Assembly (NCBI GenBank): GCA_037130655.1
Contig: JBAXSP010000002.1
Span: forward strand, 77,125-141,124
Reading direction: 5' to 3'
Source of the DNA: a bacterium
GTDB taxonomy: Bacteria > Patescibacteriota > Minisyncoccia > Phycocordibacterales > UBA9973
Length of the DNA stretch: 64,000 bases
Shown here: positions 57,035-64,000 of the stretch, piece after piece
How positions within the stretch are numbered: the stretch's first letter is position 1
Layout of the letters: each line of letters begins with the position of its first letter
Notes under the pieces: generated by a model
Databases searched by the model: none
Told to the model about the DNA's origin: nothing
Seen by the model: the letters and a program-made list of their open reading frames with translations, nothing else
Program-made: the position numbers and the translations under genes

Positions 57035-59499
57035 TACAAACAAGTTAGAGAGGCGATAGAATCCCCTTCGCGCAACTTCATAATATGAACACCTTGCGTA
57101 TCTCGTCCACTTGTTGGCAATGATGCAAGTTCTACACGAATGATTTGTCCTTTTTGAGAAACCGCAATCAATTCACTTTGATCAGTGATTACTTTTGCAA
57201 CAATCAACGAGCCAGTCTTTGCTGTTAGCTTTGCCGTCTTAATACCAGAACCACCACGATTTTGAATCTTGTATTCTTTGAGTGATGTTTTCTTTCCGAG
57301 ACCATTTGCAGTCATGACAAGCAAAGTACCTTCTTTTTCATCTTTCTTGACCGCATCAACACCAATGACAGAGTCTCCTTTGCCAAGCTTGATTGCGCGC
57401 ACACCACCTGCTGCTCGTCCCATTTCACGAACATCATCTTCTGCAAAACGGATTGACTGACCAAGTTGCGTTGCAATCATAATAGTGTCCCCTTTTTCTA
57501 CAGAGAGTACGTCTACCAACTCATCATCTTTTGCAAGTTTAATAGAAATAATTCCACTACGACGTACATCTTTGAAACTTTCTGCAGAGACTTTCTTGAT
57601 ATCACCTTGCTTGGTAATGAGTGCAAGCTGAGACATACTTCCTTTCTTATCTTTTGAAATTGGCAAGATTGAAGTCACTCGTTCATCTCCAGTGAGTGAC
57701 AAGAAATTCATAATAGATTTACCTTTGGTTGCACGCTTTCCTTCTGGAATATCGTACATTTTGATTTGATACGCCTTGCCGAGATTGGTGAAGAAGAGCA
57801 AATCACTGTGCGTGTTTGCATTGATAAGCATTGTCACAAAATCTTCTTCTTTTGGTTCGATATCAATGACACCGACACCGCCACGTTTTTGTGTACGGTA
57901 TTCAGACGGATCAGTACGCTTCACGTAGCCACCTTTGGTGTACACCAATACTGATTCTTTTTCTGGAATCAAATCTTCTTCATTCATTGATTTGAGTCCA
58001 CCCTTCACAATCTTTGTTCGACGGTCATCACCGTATTTTTCTTTTGCTTCGAGCATTTCATCTGAAATAACTTTCAACATTTTCTTTTTGTTTGCAAGCA
58101 ATGCTTCGCATTCAGCGATGAATGCTTGTTTTTCTTTGAGTTCAAGTTCAACAGCCTTTCGTTCAAGACCAGCCAATTTTTGCAAACGCATTTCCAAAAT
58201 CGCAATGGTTTGCAATTCTGAGAATTTGAATTCTTTCATCAAATTTACTTTTGCAATTGCAGCATCTTTTGATTCACGAATGATAGTAATCACACGATCG
58301 ATATGATCAAGTGCTTTTTTCAAACCAAGCAAAATATGTTCACGCTCTTTTGCTTTTTGTAAATCAAATTCTGTGCGACGACGAACAACAATTTGTCGAT
58401 GAGAAATAAACTCAGACAACACTGATTTGAGTGACAATGTCTGTGGAACTCCATCAACGATTGCAACCACGTTGTAGTGGAAGGTAGATTCGAGTTGTGT
58501 GTGTTTATATAAATAGTTGAGGACTTTTTGCGGATGAGCACCGTTCTTCAAATCAATCACCACACGAATATCATTGGTTGATTCATCGCGAATATCTTTG
58601 ATACCTTCGATTTTCTTTTCTTGAATCAATTCAACAATTGAAATAATCAAATTTGATTTGTTTACACGAAATGGAATTGAAGAAATAATAATTTGGAAAG
58701 AGCCACTTTTTGTTTCGACAATTTCAGCTACTCCACGAGTAACAACTCCTCCACGCCCTGTTGCATATGCATGTAAAATATCTGTTTTGTTGTATGCAAT
58801 TCCACCAGTTGGAAAATCTGGACCTTGGACAAATTCTGCCAAATCTTCAGTTGTCGCATCTGGGTTTTCAATAAGGTGAATCGTCGCATCAACAACTTCT
58901 CCCAAATTGTGTGGAGGAATGTTTGTTGCCATACCAACAGCAATACCCAATGTTCCATTGAGCAACAAGTTCGGCAATCCTGCAGGCAAAACAGTTGGTT
59001 CTTTTTTACTGCCATCATAGTTCGGGCGGAAGTCTACCGTATTCTTTTCTAGATCACGGAGCATTTCACTCGAGATTTTTGACATGCGAGCTTCGGTATA
59101 ACGCATCGCCGCAGCATTATCTCCATCGATAGAACCGAAGTTTCCTTGTCCAATAATGAGTGGATAACGAGTTGAGAAATCTTGCGCCAAGTTAACCATT
59201 GAGTCATACACTGCAACGTCGCCGTGTGGGTGATATTTTCCGAGCACATCTCCGACTACCGCAGCACTTTTTCGAGATTTTGCAGACGCAGTCAATCCCA
59301 TCTCATGCATAGCGTACAAAATACGTCGGTGCACCGGCTTCAATCCGTCACGTACATCAGGAAGTGCACGCTCGGTAATCACACTCATCGCGTAGTCGAT
59401 GTATGATGTTTTCATTTCATCAACAACGTTCACTGATACCACGTTGATGTGTGGCTTGATTGGTTCTGTTTGTTCAGTTGTATTTTTCTTTGCAGGCAT
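57034..59499 (-). CDS. gyrA: DNA gyrase subunit A
   Basis: [34 protein letters not shown], GyrA box QKRGGVG. Confidence 0.97.
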   Translation of the reverse strand: MPAKKNTTEQTEPIKPHINVVSVNVVDEMKTSYIDYAMSVITERALPDVRDGLKPVHRRILYAMHEMGLTASAKSRKSAAVVGDVLGKYHPHGDVAVYDSMVNLAQDFSTRYPLIIGQGNFGSIDGDNAAAMRYTEARMSKISSEMLRDLEKNTVDFRPNYDGSKKEPTVLPAGLPNLLLNGTLGIAVGMATNIPPHNLGEVVDATIHLIENPDATTEDLAEFVQGPDFPTGGIAYNKTDILHAYATGRGGVVTRGVAEIVETKSGSFQIIISSIPFRVNKSNLIISIVELIQEKKIEGIKDIRDESTNDIRVVIDLKNGAHPQKVLNYLYKHTQLESTFHYNVVAIVDGVPQTLSLKSVLSEFISHRQIVVRRRTEFDLQKAKEREHILLGLKKALDHIDRVITIIRESKDAAIAKVNLMKEFKFSELQTIAILEMRLQKLAGLERKAVELELKEKQAFIAECEALLANKKKMLKVISDEMLEAKEKYGDDRRTKIVKGGLKSMNEEDLIPEKESVLVYTKGGYVKRTDPSEYRTQKRGGVGVIDIEPKEEDFVTMLINANTHSDLLFFTNLGKAYQIKMYDIPEGKRATKGKSIMNFLSLTGDERVTSILPISKDKKGSMSQLALITKQGDIKKVSAESFKDVRRSGIISIKLAKDDELVDVLSVEKGDTIMIATQLGQSIRFAEDDVREMGRAAGGVRAIKLGKGDSVIGVDAVKKDEKEGTLLVMTANGLGKKTSLKEYKIQNRGGSGIKTAKLTAKTGSLIVAKVITDQSELIAVSQKGQIIRVELASLPTSGRDTQGVHIMKLREGDSIASLTCL

Positions 59500-59503
59500 A
59501 TTT

Positions 59504-59740
59504 TTATTTCTTTAAATTAGCTATTCCAGTACTGACCGAATCAACCACATCACCGACACTTGCAGAAAGAGCTGAGAATGGTGTTTTGAAATCTGGATAA
59601 TTTACCACCTTTCGAGAGAATCCGAATGAAATCATAATCCATACTATCAACATCACCACACCGAAACCAATGGCTATATTTCGAGCGATTGCTCGTTTTT
59701 TTTCGTATGTTTGATTTTTGAGATGGTTTAAAAAAATCAT
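59504..59740 (-). CDS. Small single-TM hypothetical protein
   Basis: One TM helix, operonic with gyrA. Confidence 0.65.
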   Translation of the reverse strand: MIFLNHLKNQTYEKKRAIARNIAIGFGVVMLIVWIMISFGFSRKVVNYPDFKTPFSALSASVGDVVDSVSTGIANLKK

Positions 59741-59752
59741 ACTATTTATATA

Positions 59753-60385
59753 TTACTCACTAATAACAATCACCGCACCCTGTCGTTCGAGTACATCTTT
59801 GCGCTTCAAGGTTAGTTTATCAACTTTTTCAGCTTTTTCTTGCCCTGTTTCTTTTAGGAAATTTGTTAGTGCGTCTTTTTCTTGATCGTTCCCATAATCC
59901 ATTGGAATAGCAATACGTGACTCAAGTGCTACAGAAATTTTTGCAGCATCCTTGAAACCAATAATATCTTTGCCTCCAATTGGAACAAAAAGAAGATCTG
60001 GACTATTTAATAGTTCTGTTGCTTCACTTGAAAGCTTGGTTGCAGTAAGCGCTCCCAAGAAAACGATTCGAATACCGTCGAGCTCAAAAGTATACATCGT
60101 ATTGAAATGTGTCTTCCCGTCTAATATCGCTGGCATACTAACCCCTTCAAATAGGAGACCTTTGACCTCATATGAACCTGGTCCGTCGATAATAAATGGT
60201 TCTTTTTCGCCATAAAAAAATGATTCTCCTCCGTTGAAATCTTTTGTGTGTGTACTTGAAAGGACAATATCTGCCCCAAATTTAGAGATTGCAAATTTCG
60301 AATCTTTTGCTGGTGGATTGAGCACAATAGTCAAATCACCTTGTGTTATTTTGAAACATTGTTTGCCGAGATATGAAATTACCAT
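59753..60385 (-). CDS. Metallo-beta-lactamase fold protein (degenerate)
   Basis: ISYLG.QCFKI, DGPG.YEV, DLLFVPIGG, IPMDY. Confidence 0.8.
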   Translation of the reverse strand: MVISYLGKQCFKITQGDLTIVLNPPAKDSKFAISKFGADIVLSSTHTKDFNGGESFFYGEKEPFIIDGPGSYEVKGLLFEGVSMPAILDGKTHFNTMYTFELDGIRIVFLGALTATKLSSEATELLNSPDLLFVPIGGKDIIGFKDAAKISVALESRIAIPMDYGNDQEKDALTNFLKETGQEKAEKVDKLTLKRKDVLERQGAVIVISE

Positions 60386-60496
60386 AGCTTCATTATATCA
60401 TAATTTGAGCAATACCAATATTGACCCGTATCAAAATGTTGGGATAAATATGCATAAAAAAAATGGCCCTAAGGACCATTTATCGAGATGATTTTT

Positions 60497-60928
60497 TTAA
60501 TTAATAGAAACAAGACAAAATCTATGTTTGTAAAAATCTTTGGCAATATTTCCGTTTTCGAAAAAAAAGTCCATTTCAGCACCACTATATTGAATAGCAT
60601 TGCTCTCATAACCGAAATAAGGAGATGTAAACTGAACATCATACAGTCGAACCGATGCCCAAAAATACAAACTATATTTAACCTCTTCTTTAAGTTTGGT
60701 TACAAACATATCTATACAAGGCTTCATTTCAGTTCCTTTTTGATACAAAGGGGCGTGAATCAAAAATTGACCCAAAAATTGATTGACTGCGCTGTCTCCA
60801 TAAGACATAAGAAATCGATAATATCGCTCTAGTGCCTCGGACAGTTCTGGTTTCTCATAATCAACAAGAAATCTAATGTTGCCTAATACTTTATCCAAAG
60901 TCATGTCGGGAAGATCTTTTAATTTCAT
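60497..60928 (-). CDS. Hypothetical protein
   Basis: ORF from MKLKD with a hairpin downstream. Confidence 0.55.
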   Translation of the reverse strand: MKLKDLPDMTLDKVLGNIRFLVDYEKPELSEALERYYRFLMSYGDSAVNQFLGQFLIHAPLYQKGTEMKPCIDMFVTKLKEEVKYSLYFWASVRLYDVQFTSPYFGYESNAIQYSGAEMDFFFENGNIAKDFYKHRFCLVSIN

Positions 60929-61163
60929 AGTAATACTATTTAGTTTATCCAAAAACACTATACAACAAAAACAGAATAAAAGCAATACATTCTGTTGCCT
61001 TTTTCTGTGGACATGCTATAGTAGTCCCATTACAAGGTCACCGGTGTCATAACCCTCATTTCCCCTTTCTGATTCATAACAAATGAGAAGTCATCGGAAC
61101 CGCTTTGGCGGTATTTTTTATTTCCTGATAAGGAAATAAAAAAAGACAAAAAATTTTTATAAT

Positions 61164-62213
61164 ATGAAAACATACGTAGACAAAATTACAGATAAGCCAG
61201 TCATCGAATCTATCATCGAAGGATCAGTGCTTTCTATCAAGAAAGCCAATGTCTTCATCGATTTGGGAACATTTGGTACTGGTATCATCTATGGAAAAGA
61301 ATTCCAAAATGCTCGCGACATTATCAAAAAGATAAATGTTGGAGATTCAATCAAAGCAAAAGTTGTTGATATTGAAAACGAAGATGGATACATCGAACTT
61401 TCTCTCAAAGAAGCAAAACAAGCATTGATCTGGAGTGAAGCAGAAAAGATGATCAAAACAAAAACACCGATTGAAGTAACTATCAAAGAAGCAAACAAGG
61501 GTGGATTGATCATTGACTGGCAAGGAATCTCAGGTTTCCTCCCAGCATCACAATTGAAACCAGAACACTACCCTCGTGTTGAAGATTCAGACAAAGATAA
61601 AATCTTGAAAGAATTGAAGAAAATCGTTGGTAAGAAAATCAATGTTATTATCATCTCTGCGCTTTCAAAAGAAGGTAAATTGATCTTCTCAGAAAAAGAC
61701 GGAAACAGTGAAGAACGTCAAGAAATTGTTGGAAAATACACCATTGGTGACGAAGTAAACTGTGAAGTTGCAGGATTGGTAGACTTCGGTGTCTTCTTGA
61801 AAATCGAAGAAGGACTTGAAGGATTGGTACACATTTCTGAAATTGATTGGGGTCTAGTAGACGATACACGATCACGATTCAAACTCGGTGACAAAGTGAA
61901 AGCAAAAATCATCGAAATCAAAGATGGAAAAATCTCTCTTTCAATCAAAGCACTTAAGGAAAATCCATGGAATGCATTCGACGGTAAATTGAAAAAAGGT
62001 GATGCTATCGAAGGAGTTGTAATCAAATACAACAAACACGGAGCACTTGTTTCAATCGCTGAAGGTGTAGCAGGACTCGTTCACAACTCTTCATACGGAG
62101 GAGAAGACAAACTAAGAACTGCACTTTCTCTTGGAAAGACATACAAATTCACTGTTACTCTTTTTGAACCAAAAGAACAAAAGATGACATTGGTACCAGC
62201 TGAACAAGCATAA
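61164..62213 (+). CDS. rpsA: 30S ribosomal protein S1 (four S1 domains)
   Basis: NKGGL, GFLPASQL, DFGVF, EGLVHISEI, ISLSIK..PW. Confidence 0.92.
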   Translation: MKTYVDKITDKPVIESIIEGSVLSIKKANVFIDLGTFGTGIIYGKEFQNARDIIKKINVGDSIKAKVVDIENEDGYIELSLKEAKQALIWSEAEKMIKTKTPIEVTIKEANKGGLIIDWQGISGFLPASQLKPEHYPRVEDSDKDKILKELKKIVGKKINVIIISALSKEGKLIFSEKDGNSEERQEIVGKYTIGDEVNCEVAGLVDFGVFLKIEEGLEGLVHISEIDWGLVDDTRSRFKLGDKVKAKIIEIKDGKISLSIKALKENPWNAFDGKLKKGDAIEGVVIKYNKHGALVSIAEGVAGLVHNSSYGGEDKLRTALSLGKTYKFTVTLFEPKEQKMTLVPAEQA

Positions 62214-62222
62214 AGAAAAATA

Positions 62223-62253
62223 AAAAAATGACGACATTAAGTCGTCATTTTTT
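62223..62253. terminator. Terminator after rpsA
   Basis: AAAAAATGACGAC-ATTAA-GTCGTCATTTTTT. Confidence 0.8.
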
Positions 62254-62315
62254 GTGTTTATAATATTAAATAAAAAAAACGCACCATTACTTGATGCGTT
62301 TTTAAGAATACAAAA

Positions 62316-63044
62316 CTATTTACTTTCTATCAGTTTAATTTCTTGTTCCAAACTTTCTTTAAGAACATCTAAGTCCTCATAAAAATCTTTCTCACTAAAA
62401 CTGTTATAGGCACTTATATATTGCCTCCCCCCAAAACTCATTGCTGGTTTACCTTGTTTAAAATTATCACCAACAGAACGAACTGAATCTGGATTATCAT
62501 AATTACTTACACCAAGAAATCTAAAACCACCTGTTCCACTTATCTCCCATACATACAACTTATGATTCTGACAGATGAACTTATGATCAGTGATATATTC
62601 TTCGTTTTTATTCTCCGGTTTATGCCCGATTACATTTGTAAGTTTTTCTATGTTTTCATACATCACCATTCCTCCAGAGGTATTATTGGATTTATAATAA
62701 AAATTATCAGCAGAATCTACTTCCCAATGACTTTTCGGTGCAGTTTTACCGACTTCTCCCAGATTGTGCTCTTTTACTTTTGCAATAAGCACGTTCGACA
62801 AACTATCAAGTTGGTGGACTTTCTCTTTTAAAGAATCAACTTGTTCGTTTGTAATAGAAATATTGTGAGTAGAACAAACGAGTTTTTCTTTTTGCTGAGC
62901 TTCTGCTACTCCAAATGTGAGCAAAAACAGCGTACTAGCAAGCTTAAATTTTTTAAGTGACTTTCGAAAAAATTCCATTGACAGAAATTGGTCTTTCTCT
63001 GATTCTTGATTGTTTTCTGTTATTGTTTGATTAAAATTTTCCAT
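62316..63044 (-). CDS. Hypothetical protein with internal hydrophobic/signal segment
   Basis: 242-aa AT-rich ORF. Confidence 0.65.
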   Translation of the reverse strand: MENFNQTITENNQESEKDQFLSMEFFRKSLKKFKLASTLFLLTFGVAEAQQKEKLVCSTHNISITNEQVDSLKEKVHQLDSLSNVLIAKVKEHNLGEVGKTAPKSHWEVDSADNFYYKSNNTSGGMVMYENIEKLTNVIGHKPENKNEEYITDHKFICQNHKLYVWEISGTGGFRFLGVSNYDNPDSVRSVGDNFKQGKPAMSFGGRQYISAYNSFSEKDFYEDLDVLKESLEQEIKLIESK

Positions 63045-63147
63045 ACTGTTATAGAGTTAGATTAATTTGTTAAGAAATATCCCCATCAAGTATAAAATAA
63101 ACAGACACTTTGTACAAACTTACAGGAATGATTGAAATCCCATAAAA

Positions 63148-63714
63148 CTAATTGAACTTCCCCATTGTCTTTTCTTTCCCATTCACAATCAATGATTCAA
63201 TCACCTTCCCAACAGTTGGAGCAATATCTTTTTTGATTTTCTCCATTTCATCTTTTGAAAAACTTCCCAGAACATCCGGTTTTCGCAAAATAGTATTTTC
63301 ATCAAGTAGTGACACACCGATTCGTATTCGCAAAAAGGCTTTTGATTCGAGTACTCCAACAATCGATTTGATACCATTATGCCCCCCATCTCCTCTGTCA
63401 TATGAAATCCGAATCGTACCGAGCGGTAAATCAATATCATCATGCACAACAACCAATGATTCAGCGGACAGTTGATGTTCTTTGATTAAAAAAGGAAGCA
63501 CATCACCAGAATTATTCATAAACGTTGTCGGTTTGATAAACAATACATCGCTTCCACCCGATACATCATTTGCAAGAAAAGCTTTTGCGTATTTATTTTC
63601 TGTCCAATCATTACCTGCAAGCATATCAAAAATAATCCATGCAACATTGTGCCGAGTGTTTTTGTATTCGTCTCCAATGTTTCCGAGTCCCAATAAAAAC
63701 AATCTAAAATTCAT
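63148..63714 (-). CDS. pth: Peptidyl-tRNA hydrolase
   Basis: GLGN.G.EY.NTRHN, KPTTFMN.SG, VHDDID, GGHNG.KS, RIRIG. Confidence 0.96.
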   Translation of the reverse strand: MNFRLFLLGLGNIGDEYKNTRHNVAWIIFDMLAGNDWTENKYAKAFLANDVSGGSDVLFIKPTTFMNNSGDVLPFLIKEHQLSAESLVVVHDDIDLPLGTIRISYDRGDGGHNGIKSIVGVLESKAFLRIRIGVSLLDENTILRKPDVLGSFSKDEMEKIKKDIAPTVGKVIESLIVNGKEKTMGKFN

Positions 63715-63788
63715 AAGTCCATTTTAACACAAACAGCACAGAAGAGATATTTGTGTCAATGTAGACTATTGTTGTACAATAGCGTCAC

Positions 63789-64000
63789 ATGGAACAAAAC
63801 ATTGAAAAAACAACAGAAACTGAGGTCGTTACCCAAAAAGAATCTTGGTTAGATATCCTCAAATTTGTTATTACAGTACTAGCAATTGTCATTCCTATTC
63901 GCGTTTTTGTTGCTCAACCTTTTCTCGTTGATGGACTTTCAATGCACCCAACACTTACCAATCATGACTATTTGATTGTCGATGAAATCTCCTACTATCT
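63789..64000 (+). CDS. lepB: Signal peptidase I, runs off the window edge
   Basis: Manual translation ...IRVFVAQPFLVDGLSMHPTL...DYLIVDEISY. Confidence 0.9.
   Translation, partial: MEQNIEKTTETEVVTQKESWLDILKFVITVLAIVIPIRVFVAQPFLVDGLSMHPTLTNHDYLIVDEISYY

Overview
AT-rich chromosomal segment that looks like a Patescibacteria (CPR, Parcubacteria-like) genome. This is inferred from the reduced housekeeping genes, tandem VirB2-like pilins and near-leaderless promoters; TGA is used as stop. It holds about 70 CDS (msrA/B, dnaX, serS, dprA, topA, parB, miaA, rpmG, clpB, infB, rbfA, gyrA, rpsA, pth, lepB and others) and 8 tRNA genes. Main observations: (1) Six of the eight tRNA genes are followed by a ~170-200 bp element with one fixed architecture: fold-back hairpin, antisense copy of that tRNA's own 3' end split by a small hairpin, a covarying structured core, then a direct copy of the tRNA 3' end restarting at the T-loop. 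The same core also occurs three times away from tRNAs. (2) A UG/Abi-type reverse transcriptase with a possible C-terminal HEPN motif lies directly downstream of the tRNA-Gln element, with a GIY-YIG nuclease on the other side of the tRNA. (3) A full LexA is fused to a C5-cytosine methyltransferase and faces a Bsp6I-like restriction enzyme. (4) A 134-bp MITE-like insert duplicates the dnaX start codon. All calls are by eye; no searches or folding programs were run.
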